From: an uncultured Gemmatimonadales bacterium
GTDB taxonomy: Bacteria > Gemmatimonadota > Gemmatimonadetes > Gemmatimonadales > GWC2-71-9
NCBI GenBank assembly: GCA_963795085.1
Contig: CAWCFX010000004.1
Location: forward strand, 704,001 to 768,000
Length of the DNA stretch: 64,000 nt
Reading direction: 5' to 3'
The position numbers and the translations under genes are program-made. Within the stretch, counting starts at the first letter, position 1. Each line of letters begins with the position of its first letter. A model generated the notes under the pieces. The model had not been told where the DNA came from. It worked only from the letters and a program-made list of their open reading frames with translations, and ran no database searches. Shown piece by piece: positions 49,077 through 58,077 of the stretch.

Positions 49077-50375
49077 ATGCCCGTTCGTCGCCTGCCGGTT
49101 CGTCCCGATCTCACCCAGCTCAAGCACCAGGCCAAGGACCTGCTCCGCGCGTTTCGCCGCGGTGATCGCCGAGGCGGTGGCACTCTTCCGCCGAGTGGCA
49201 TCCAGGCGTCATACCGGAGGGAGCGAAGCTGGCCGACGCGCAGCATGCGCTGGCGCGGTCCTACGGCGCCGCCAGTTGGACCCGGGTGGTGCAGTGCTGC
49301 CAGCTGATCGACGCCATCTGGGACGACGACCTCGACAGCGTTCGCCGCCTGGTCACGGCCCATCCCAATCTCCTCACCGAGAACGCCGGCATCGGCAACC
49401 GGAACTGGGGGCCGCCGATGAGCTACGCCGCCAATCTCGGACGCGACCGGATCATCCGGCTGCTGTACGACCTGGGCGCGCGTGATCTCGAGACGGCGAT
49501 CGACCGCGCGGTGCTCCAGAGCCGAGTGAGCACCGCCGCGATGCTGCACGAGATGCTGGGCCGGGCGACGCCGCCGGACGACGCCTTCGGCGGGCCGGCC
49601 TATACCCTGAGCGTGCCGGGCACGGAGTTTCTCTTCCGGGTGGGAGCGCGGGTCCGGTTTCCCGATGGCAGCCAGCGGGCACCGGTCGAGGCGGCGATCG
49701 GGTCCGACAGCCGGAACCCGGCGGCCAAGCGGCGGATCCTCGAGCTCTACGCCGAGCATGGGTACGAGTACCCGGACACGCCGATCATGGCGTTTCACCG
49801 CGGGCGGTTCGACCTGCTGGAAGAGCACCTGGCCCGGGACCCCGGGCTGCTCGCACCGCCGGTTCGCGATCCACGAGATCTTCCCGCCGGAGGTGGGATG
49901 CCACCACCCACCGTACGAGTGCATGGGGACGCCGGTGGACGGCGGCACGCTGCTCCACCTGGCGGTGTACTGGGACGAGCTGGACATGGCGGAGTGGCTG
50001 CTGGAGCGCGGCGCCGACGTCAACGCGGGGACGGCCCTCGAGGTCGACGGGTTCGGGGGACACACCCCGCTCTTCAACGCGGTAGTATCCCAGGCCGCTT
50101 TCTGGATGAACTACCAGGGCGGCGGGCCCCCTCGGCCGGAGGACGCACGGTTCGCCGAGCTGCTGCTCGCGCGCGGGGCCGACCCGAACGCGCGGGCGTC
50201 CATCCGGATGCGGCTGGGCGAGGGCCATGGCGATCCCCGCATCCGGGAGTTCCGGGATGTCACCCCCCTCGACTGGGCTCGGCGGTTGCACGACGAGACG
50301 CTGCCGGAGAGCAAGCACAGCGAGCGGCTGTTTGTGAACCAGGCGGCGGTCAAGCTACTCAGCATTGAGGACTGA
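49077..50375 (+). CDS. Ankyrin-repeat protein with N-terminal LPxRPDLxQLKxQAKDLL domain; three +1 frameshifts (~49167, ~49191, ~49856)
   Basis: GGTLLHLA..LLERGADVN, GHTPLFNA, LLARGADPN; removing three extra C gives one ORF (..GDAEAVALFREWHP..LADAQHALARSYG..). Confidence 0.8.
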
Positions 50376-50390
50376 GTGCTGAGTGCCGAG
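50364..50390 (+). repeat. Short 7-bp array (TGAGKRC)n
   Basis: Contains the ankyrin gene stop codon. Confidence 0.7.
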
Positions 50391-50392
50391 AA

Positions 50393-51182
50393 GTCATTGC
50401 GAGGAGCGCGCAGCGCGACGAAGCAATCTGGCTCGGGTGAGCCGGTGAGCGGATTGCCACGTCGGCCTGCGGCCTCCTCGCAATGACTGCGCTATTTATC
50501 CGGTGCAGTCGTCTGTCGCACTGGGAGTTTCCATAGTCATTGCGAGGAGCGCGCAGCGCGACGAAGCAATCTGGCTCGGGTGAGCAGGTAAGCAGTGCCA
50601 CGTCCCGGGCCTCCTCGCAGTGACTGCGCATTCATCCGGCGCAGCGTCGGCCTGCGGCCTCCTCGCCATGATTGCCCTATGTTCCGGCGGCAGGGAGCAG
50701 GTTCTTTCGCACTGGGAGTTTCCATAGTCATTGCGAGGAGCGCGCAGCGCGACGAAGCAATCTGGCTCGGGTGGGCAGGAAGCCCGCTCCCGAGCCAGGT
50801 GAGCAGATTGCCACGTCGGCCTGCGGCCTCCTCGCAATGACTGCCCTATGTTCCGGCGGCAGGGAGCAGGTTCTTTCGCACAGGGAGATTCCATAGTCAT
50901 TGCGAGGAGCGCGCAGCGCGACGAAGCAATCTGGCTCGGGTGCGAAGCCGGTGAGCAGATTGCCACGTCGGCCTGCGGCCTCCTCGCAATGACTGCCTAT
51001 GTTCCCAAGCCAGGTGAGCAGATTGCCACGTCGGCCTGCGGCCTCCTCGCAATGACTACCTCGGTTCCCAAGCCAGGTGAGCAGATTGCCACGTCGGCCT
51101 GCGGCCTCCTCGCAATGACTGCCGAGGTTCCCAAGCCGGGTGAACAGATTGCCACGTCGGCCTGCGGCCTCCTCGCAATGAC
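50393..51182. repeat. REP/BIME-like cluster of GTCATTGCGAG...GCAATC palindromes
   Basis: Four forward copies (50393, 50536, 50727, 50896); six near-perfect and two degenerate reverse copies. Confidence 0.92.
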
Positions 51183-51268
51183 TGCCCCCCCGTCCGGCCT
51201 GGCCCCGCATTAGGATTCGAGGCCCGCGCCCGGTGCGATCCCGGATGTCTCCTTCAAGGAGGATCTCC

Positions 51269-51796
51269 ATGCCCCTTTGGCCCCCAGCGGCTGCCGCGCT
51301 CGCCGCACTCGCCCTCTCCAGCCTGGCCGCCGCGGCCGAGGCGCAGCAGCCGGACAGCACCCAGCTTCGTCCGACCACCGTGATCGTCAGAATAGCCAAC
51401 GATGCGACCCCGCAGTACAACGGGGTGTATCAGGCGTCGGGGATCTCGACCAAGTGTGGCCTGGCCGACTATGGCTATCCGCACCGGGCCCATTCGTTCG
51501 CCGTCATGTTCCCCGACGATACGGCTACCATCGCGGTGCGCTCGGTGAATTTCGACGCGGATACGCTCGCCGCGGGCACGACGGGGTCGAGCTTTAATCT
51601 CGCGGTTGGAATCCGGGTGGGCCAGACCGGCACCCCGCCCCTGTATGTCGTTCGCGCCAACCAGCCCCAGTTCAACGAGCCCGGCACGGCCACGCGCACC
51701 CGGACGACGAGCGGCATTGACTCGCTCCACGTGGTGGGCACGGCGACCAAGGGCACCAAGGTTCGGGTCGAGATGACGCTTGTGTGCCAGCCGTGA
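51269..51796 (+). CDS. Secreted hypothetical protein
   Basis: AAGGAGG RBS, signal peptide, beta-rich, two Cys. Confidence 0.78.
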   Translation: MPLWPPAAAALAALALSSLAAAAEAQQPDSTQLRPTTVIVRIANDATPQYNGVYQASGISTKCGLADYGYPHRAHSFAVMFPDDTATIAVRSVNFDADTLAAGTTGSSFNLAVGIRVGQTGTPPLYVVRANQPQFNEPGTATRTRTTSGIDSLHVVGTATKGTKVRVEMTLVCQP

Positions 51797-51801
51797 ACTG
51801 T

Positions 51802-51884
51802 CCTCACCCCTGACCCCTCTCCAACCTCACCCCTGACCCCTCTCAAACCTCACCCCTGGCCCCTCTCCATTTCATGGAGAGGGG
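51802..51884. repeat. Three 23-bp CCTCACCCCTGRCCCCTCTC units ending in a hairpin (REP-like/terminator)
   Basis: Units at 51802, 51825, 51848; stem CCCCTCTCCAT/ATGGAGAGGGG. Confidence 0.85.
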
Positions 51885-51926
51885 AATTACCGCCAGGTGC
51901 ATGGAAAGAAACGGTGGTAAAGCGCC

Positions 51927-53663
51927 TCACTCCACCGCCGGCAGGATGTACTCCGGCACCAGCACTCGGCCGGGGATAAACGTCGCGGCCTGGCCGTAGT
52001 TTCCCGCGGTGAACCCGATGGCGAGGTCCAGGTCGGGGATGGCCATGAAGATCTGGCCACCGTTGCCGCCGGCGAAGAAGGCCCGGATGCTCCGGCCCTG
52101 CCAGGTGTAGGCGACCGAGTTCCAGAGCCAGCCCCAGTCCTGCCCGGGGAAGAGGGGCCGGAGCGGCAGCACCGATTGCCGGGCCCAGTCCCGCTGGACG
52201 ATCTGCCGCCCGTTCCATTTCCCTCCGTTCATCATCAGCTGCGCCAGCTTGAGAAAATCCCGGGGGCGGAACTGGTGTCCGCCGCCGCCGTAGGCCTCGC
52301 CGGTCGGGGTGAGGAACAGGTGGTAGTCCTCCATCTGGAGCGGCCGGCCGACCAGCCGGGCGAACATCTCCGGGAGCGGCTCGCCGCTGATCTTCCGGAG
52401 CATCCCGGCGGCGAGGTTGGCCTCGCCGCTGCAGTAGACCAGCGTGTCTCCCGGCGCGGTAACCAGGGGAACCTTCAGCATGTAACGATACCAGTCCGGC
52501 TCCTCGCTCTGCTCCTGCATCACGTCTTCGTTGCCGACCGACTCGTCGGGCCCGCAGTCGTATCCGGCGGTCATTGACACCAGGTGCTCCAGCGTCATGG
52601 CGCGCTTCCTGGGGTCCGGGTCCGGCGGCTGGGTCCCCTGCAGCGTGGCATAGACGGGGGTGTTGAGTTGGATCTGCACGCCGTCCTGCATGGCGGCGCC
52701 GAGGAGCACGCTGGTCCAGCTCTTCGCGGCGGAACGGGTGTCGTGGGGGCGGGCGCGGTCGAAGCCGTGGAAATATTCCTCCACCACCAGCCGGCCGTGC
52801 CGGGCAATGAGCACGCTGTGGATCTGGAGCGTGGCGAGCGAGTCCATGGACATGCCGATCAGCATCCGCACCAGGTGTTCGATGCCGGCGCGGGAGATCC
52901 CCACGTCCTCCACCGTGCCGACCGGCCACCCGTCGGCCAGTGACACCGGCGGGATGTAATGGTACGCGGCCGGTGGCCGGCCCCGGGGGTAAAACGGGCT
53001 CGCGGTGGTGTCGCCGACTCGCCGAAAATCGAGCGACATCCCGTTGAGCGGCAGCTGCAGCGCGTCCTCCTCGATGCGTCCCTCGGCCAACACCCGGGTC
53101 GTCGTGTCGCGCCGGCCGCCCGTCAGGCGGATGACCGGGCCCTCGACACCGAGGCGCTTGGCGGGGAAGAAGCGTCCCTGGTTGCGCTCCGGGTTCCGGA
53201 GGTAGGTGCTGTAGCTGCCGTCGGGCTGGCGGGTGAGGGGGAGGAACCAGGTGAAGGTGTCGTCCAGCGGGTGCACCTCGCCGGCCCAGGTCTCGTTGCC
53301 CCGGGCGGCGAGCACAACCGGCGTGGCGAAGGGCATTCCGCTGGACTGGGTGGGCGCTGCGATCCACTGGCCGGTGATGTCGGCTCCCTGCCGCCGACCG
53401 CGGAACCGGCCGAGCCCGTCGGGGAGCTCGAATGAAATGGCGGGCCCGTCCATCCGAGCGGGGACCCGGAACCCGGCGATGTCGGCGGTCCACTCCAATC
53501 CGTTTTTGAGGAGCAGGAGCGGACCGGCGACCGGGCTGAACCGTACCTGGGCGGCCCAGAGGCCGGAGAGGTCGGGTGGAGTGGAGGGGGACTGGGCCCG
53601 GGCCGGGGATGGGAGGAGGAGGGCCAGGGCGAGGGCGGCGGCAGCGAGTCTGGGCATGGGCAT
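51927..53663 (-). CDS. Secreted serine hydrolase (beta-lactamase family) with N-terminal extension
   Basis: Signal peptide, SAAK, YCS, AGGNGGQ. Confidence 0.88.
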   Translation of the reverse strand: MPMPRLAAAALALALLLPSPARAQSPSTPPDLSGLWAAQVRFSPVAGPLLLLKNGLEWTADIAGFRVPARMDGPAISFELPDGLGRFRGRRQGADITGQWIAAPTQSSGMPFATPVVLAARGNETWAGEVHPLDDTFTWFLPLTRQPDGSYSTYLRNPERNQGRFFPAKRLGVEGPVIRLTGGRRDTTTRVLAEGRIEEDALQLPLNGMSLDFRRVGDTTASPFYPRGRPPAAYHYIPPVSLADGWPVGTVEDVGISRAGIEHLVRMLIGMSMDSLATLQIHSVLIARHGRLVVEEYFHGFDRARPHDTRSAAKSWTSVLLGAAMQDGVQIQLNTPVYATLQGTQPPDPDPRKRAMTLEHLVSMTAGYDCGPDESVGNEDVMQEQSEEPDWYRYMLKVPLVTAPGDTLVYCSGEANLAAGMLRKISGEPLPEMFARLVGRPLQMEDYHLFLTPTGEAYGGGGHQFRPRDFLKLAQLMMNGGKWNGRQIVQRDWARQSVLPLRPLFPGQDWGWLWNSVAYTWQGRSIRAFFAGGNGGQIFMAIPDLDLAIGFTAGNYGQAATFIPGRVLVPEYILPAVE

Positions 53664-53885
53664 CAGACCCCGGGGAAGGGGAGAGGGTTGCATGGGGACC
53701 CAACCCCCCGCGACCGAGCGCAGATCCCTAACCCCCTGTTACCGAGCGTAGCGCGGGCAGTGCTGGACCCGGAGGTTCGGACCTGGCCAGTGCTGGCCGA
53801 TGCCTCGCCTTCCATGCTAGCTTAGCACCGCGGCTAGCTTTGCAACGCGGCTCACCGCCGGCATCACCCCTTCCCGGTCACCCTG

Positions 53886-54407
53886 GTGCCACACAGCGAC
53901 CCATCGGTGGACGAACTGTTCAGCCTCACTTACGAGGAACTGCGCCGGCTGGCCGCCACGGTCAGCCGGGGCGACCCCGCGCTGACGCTCACACCCACCG
54001 CCCTGGTCAACGAGGCGTGGCTCAAGCTCCACGGCTCTCCCCGGCTCGCGGGGCTCTCACACCTTCACTTCAAGCGGATCGCGGCCCGCGCGATGCGGCA
54101 GGTGCTGGTCGAAGCGGCCCGGCGCCGGCTGGCCGAAAAGCGGGGCGGCGGTGAAGCCATGGTGACCCTGGACGAGGGAGTGGACGCTGCCCCCTCGACC
54201 GGCGAGGAAGTCCTGGCGCTGGAGGCCGCGCTCGAGGAGTTGGGCCGCCGGAACCCGCGCCAGGCCGCGATGGTCGAGTACCGTTTCTACGGCGGTCTCG
54301 ACGCGACCGAGATCGCGGCCCTGCTCGAGGTCTCCGAGGCGACGGTGCTGCGCGACTGGCGGGCGGCCCGCGCCTGGCTGGCCCACGAGCTTCGGATTCA
54401 ACGATGA
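53886..54407 (+). CDS. ECF sigma factor, TIGR02999-like
   Basis: YEELRRLA, TLTPTALVNEAW, RAMRQVLV, KRGGG, VSEATVLRDW. Confidence 0.9.
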   Translation: MPHSDPSVDELFSLTYEELRRLAATVSRGDPALTLTPTALVNEAWLKLHGSPRLAGLSHLHFKRIAARAMRQVLVEAARRRLAEKRGGGEAMVTLDEGVDAAPSTGEEVLALEAALEELGRRNPRQAAMVEYRFYGGLDATEIAALLEVSEATVLRDWRAARAWLAHELRIQR

Positions 54408-57001
54408 CCGGGCCTTCCGCCGCCGAGCGCTGGGAACGGGTCCAGCAGCTCTTTCACGACGCGCTGGACCGAACCCCGGAAGAGCGCGAGGCCTGGGTTA
54501 CCGCCGCCGCGGGCGACAACCCCGGCCTGGCCGCCGAGGTGATGGCGATGCTCGCCGCCGATGAGGACCATGGCCTGCTCGACCGCGGCGTGGCGGACGC
54601 CGCCGGCCAGGTGCTGGGCGGGCCCGGACCGGCGCCGCTTCCCACCGGCCGGTTCGGCCCCTATCGGGTGCTCCGGGTGCTTGGCGAGGGCGGGATGGGC
54701 GTCGTTTATCTCGCCGAGCGGGAGGACCTCGGGACCAGTGCGGCGATCAAGATCCTCCGCGACGCCTGGCTCTCGCCGGCCCGGCGGGAACGGTTCGACA
54801 GCGAGCGGCGGACCCTGGCCCACCTGAACCATCCCTCGATCGCCCGGCTGTTCGATGCCGACGCGCTCCCCGACGGCACGCCCTGGTTCGTGATGGAGTT
54901 CGTCGAAGGCGTCCCCCTCTTCACCTATTGCGTCGCCCGGTCGGCCCCGCTGGAGGAGCGCCTCAGGCTCTTTCGCGCGGTGTGCGAAGCGGTCCACCAT
55001 GCCCACTCCCACCTGGTGGTGCACCGCGATCTCAAGCCGTCCAACATCCTGGTCAAGAACGACGGGACCATCAAGCTGCTGGACTTCGGCATCGCCAAAC
55101 AGCTGGAGAGCCTCGACGGCCCGGTGGACCAGACCCGGACCGGGCTCCGGCTCCTGACGCCGGCCTACGCCGCGCCCGAGCAGCTGCGGGGCGAGCCGGC
55201 CGGTGTCGCCGGCGACATCTACTCGCTGGGCGTCATTCTCTACCAGCTCCTGTCCGGCCGGCTGCCGTTCGAGATGACCGGCGCCGCCGGCGACCTCGAA
55301 GCCGTCCTCTCCGAGCGCGAGCCCGAGCGCCCGTCGGCGGTGGCCCGCCGGGACGGGGCAGGGGAGAACGCACCGCCCGATGCCCGGTCGCTCAGCCGGT
55401 CGGCATGGGCCGACCTCGACGTGCTCTGCCTGACCGCCATGCGGAAGGACCCGGCCCGCCGCTACCGCTCGGCCGAAGCGCTGATGCGGGACGTGGACCA
55501 GTACCTCGCCGGCGAGCCGCTGGACGCCCGGCCCGACAGCCTGGGCTACCGGCTGGGCAAGTTCTCCCGGCGGAACTGGCGGCCGCTCACGGTAACCGCG
55601 GCACTGCTGCTCGTGCTGATCGGCGTGGTCGGGTTCTATACCTGGCGCCTGGCCCAGGCGCGGAACGCCGCGGTCGCGGAGGCGGCCCGCACCCAGCGGA
55701 TCCAGGGGTTCATGCTGCGCCTCTTCTCCGATGACGAGGTCGGGCCGGCCGACACGCTGCGGGTGGTGACGCTGCTCGAGCGGGGTTACCGCGAGGCGCA
55801 GGCGCTGGACCAGGACCCGGCCGTGCGGGCCGAGCTGTACGCGACGCTGGGCGGGATCTTTCAGCAGCTGGGCAACCTCGACCGGGCCGACACCCTGCTC
55901 ACCGCCGCGCTGGCCGAGCGCCGGCGGGTGCTGGGCGAGGAGCACGCCGACGTGGCCGACAACCTGGTGGCCCTGGGTCTCCTCCGGAACGCGCAGGCTT
56001 CCTATGACGAAGCCGACAGCCTGGTCCGGGAAGGACTGGCCATGAACCACCGCACCCTGCCGCCGAACCACCCGGCGATCGCGGGGGCGCTGGTGTCGCT
56101 CGGCGAAGTCCTCATCGAGAAGGGAGAGTACGACAGCGCGGTCGTCGTGCTGGAGGACGCTGTCGCCCGGCAGCGCGGGGCGGGCTCGGCCCCGGCCGAC
56201 CTGAGCGTCAGCCTCACCGACCTGGCCAACGCCCATTACTATGCCGGCCGCTACACTGTCTCCGACTCACTGAACCAGCGGGTGCTGGACATTGACCGCC
56301 GGGTCTTCGGCTCCCACCACCCCAACGTGGCGATGGACCTGATCAACCTCGGCGCCATCCAGTTCGAGGCGGGCAAGTATCCCGCCGCCGAAGAACGCTA
56401 CCGGCAGGCGCTGGAGATCCTGCGGCCGTGGTACGGGGCGGAACACCCCGAGGTCGCCTCAGTCCTCACCATGCTCGGCCGCGCGATGGTGGCGCAGGAC
56501 CGGAACGAGGAGGCCGCCGGCATTCTCCAGCAGGCGCTGGCGATCCAGGAGCGCGCCTACGGGCCGGTGCATCCCCGGGTCGCGTCCGCGCTGAACGAGC
56601 TGGGCAAGGTGGCGCAGGACCAGGGCAGGCTGGACGACGCCGAAGCCAGCTTCAGGCGGATGGCGGAGATCTACCGGCAACTGTACGACGATCGCCACTA
56701 CCTGATCGGGGTCGCGCTCTCCAACCTGGCCGGGGTGTACGTGGATGCGAAGGCATACGACCGGGCGGAGGCGCTCTTCCGCGACGTGCTCCGGCGGTAC
56801 GCCGAGGTGCTGGATCCGGGGCACCAGTTGATCGGGATCGCCCGTACCCGCTATGGCCGGACCCTGCTGCGTCACGGCCGCCTGGCCGAGGCTGCGGTGG
56901 AGAGCCAGCGCGGCCTGGACATCCTGCTTCAGCAGGACGACCCGCCCCAGGCCTGGATTGACATGGCCCGGAAGGACCTGGCCGAAGCGGCGGCGAAGTA
57001 A
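54404..57001 (+). CDS. Ser/Thr protein kinase with TM and TPR repeats
   Basis: GEGGMG, HRDLKPSN, DFG, APE; HPxVA TPR repeats; ATGA overlap with the sigma gene. Confidence 0.93.
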   Translation: MTGPSAAERWERVQQLFHDALDRTPEEREAWVTAAAGDNPGLAAEVMAMLAADEDHGLLDRGVADAAGQVLGGPGPAPLPTGRFGPYRVLRVLGEGGMGVVYLAEREDLGTSAAIKILRDAWLSPARRERFDSERRTLAHLNHPSIARLFDADALPDGTPWFVMEFVEGVPLFTYCVARSAPLEERLRLFRAVCEAVHHAHSHLVVHRDLKPSNILVKNDGTIKLLDFGIAKQLESLDGPVDQTRTGLRLLTPAYAAPEQLRGEPAGVAGDIYSLGVILYQLLSGRLPFEMTGAAGDLEAVLSEREPERPSAVARRDGAGENAPPDARSLSRSAWADLDVLCLTAMRKDPARRYRSAEALMRDVDQYLAGEPLDARPDSLGYRLGKFSRRNWRPLTVTAALLLVLIGVVGFYTWRLAQARNAAVAEAARTQRIQGFMLRLFSDDEVGPADTLRVVTLLERGYREAQALDQDPAVRAELYATLGGIFQQLGNLDRADTLLTAALAERRRVLGEEHADVADNLVALGLLRNAQASYDEADSLVREGLAMNHRTLPPNHPAIAGALVSLGEVLIEKGEYDSAVVVLEDAVARQRGAGSAPADLSVSLTDLANAHYYAGRYTVSDSLNQRVLDIDRRVFGSHHPNVAMDLINLGAIQFEAGKYPAAEERYRQALEILRPWYGAEHPEVASVLTMLGRAMVAQDRNEEAAGILQQALAIQERAYGPVHPRVASALNELGKVAQDQGRLDDAEASFRRMAEIYRQLYDDRHYLIGVALSNLAGVYVDAKAYDRAEALFRDVLRRYAEVLDPGHQLIGIARTRYGRTLLRHGRLAEAAVESQRGLDILLQQDDPPQAWIDMARKDLAEAAAK

Positions 57002-57027
57002 CTCGCCGCCGGGCCCGGTCGCCAGGC

Positions 57028-58041
57028 TCATGGGCTGTGGAACAACCCGATATCAATGGACCCGCTGGTAATCACCAGGGGCCCCAGCTGGGCCGCAGCG
57101 GTGTTGGGCTGGGGGGTGAGCGTCGCGCTGAAGCTGCCCCGGGCCCGGGTGCTCGAGATGCTGGTGAGGGTGACGCTGCCGACATCGCCGGGGATGCCCC
57201 AGCAGCAGCGGGGACCGTTCAGGGTCACCGGGTCCCAGGCCTGGAGTATGTTGCCGCTCGTGTTGTTGAGGGCGTAGGTGCCGGGGGCGCCGGGCAGGGG
57301 AACGTTGAAGATGAAGGTCTGGGCCAGGTTGATCCCCGTGACCGTAAACCGGCCGTTGATCGCACCGGCGCTTATGATGGCCGCGTTCCAGGGGTTTCCG
57401 CCGAGGGTGGCGCTCATCCGGCTGCCGACGGAGTCGGGCAGCACCGGGACCGGGGCGACGGCGCTCGTCCTGATATTGAAGGCACCGTTGGTCACCACCC
57501 GGCTCCCGCTGATCACGCCGCCGCTCGAGTCGGCGGTGAAGGCAAAGGTCCCGGCCACGCTGGAATCGGTGAGCGCGGTGATGGTGATGCTGCCGGCGGC
57601 GCCGGAGAGCGGGGTGCCCCACTGTCCCCCGCCGCCGCTGGATTGGGTGATGCCGGCGAAGCCGCCGGTCACGCTCACCCCGTCCACGCCCAGGGGATAG
57701 GTGCCCGGCGCGGCGATGTTGTTGATCGTCAGCAGCAGGGTGGTCCCGATGGTGCCGTTGGGCAACCGCTCGATACCGGTGATCAGGTAGCCGCCGCTGG
57801 CGGGGAGGTACTGGATCGCGGTGGCGAATCCCGCCAGGGTGTCCGCCTTCCAGGGCTGCCCGTCAATGTTGGCGGTCATCGGCGAGGGCTGCGGTGTGCC
57901 TCCACCCCCGCCACCGCCGCCGCCTCCTCCACCTCCTCCGTTCCCGTTGTTATTGGGCCCCGTCCCGTCGCTGCCGCCGCACGCGGCGATGGCCAGCCAT
58001 CCGGCGGCGACCAGCGCGCCGCCCATTCGTATGAACCGCAT
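57028..58041 (-). CDS. Lipoprotein with Gly linker and two repeated beta domains (DUF6252-like)
   Basis: IAAC lipobox, poly-Gly, repeats MTANIDGQPWKA / MSATLGGNPWNA. Confidence 0.78.
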   Translation of the reverse strand: MRFIRMGGALVAAGWLAIAACGGSDGTGPNNNGNGGGGGGGGGGGGGGTPQPSPMTANIDGQPWKADTLAGFATAIQYLPASGGYLITGIERLPNGTIGTTLLLTINNIAAPGTYPLGVDGVSVTGGFAGITQSSGGGGQWGTPLSGAAGSITITALTDSSVAGTFAFTADSSGGVISGSRVVTNGAFNIRTSAVAPVPVLPDSVGSRMSATLGGNPWNAAIISAGAINGRFTVTGINLAQTFIFNVPLPGAPGTYALNNTSGNILQAWDPVTLNGPRCCWGIPGDVGSVTLTSISSTRARGSFSATLTPQPNTAAAQLGPLVITSGSIDIGLFHSP

Positions 58042-58077
58042 ACTGCCTCCTCGAGAAATCATGGTGAACCCCGGTGC

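Noticed and set aside
50958..51182. CRISPR-like pattern of 36-bp repeats with 27-bp spacers
   Set aside because: Spacers are near-identical, repeats also occur inverted nearby, and no cas genes are present; it is a REP-like tandem.
57895..57945. CCG/CCT triplet run
   Set aside because: Encodes the poly-Gly linker of the lipoprotein; not an independent element.
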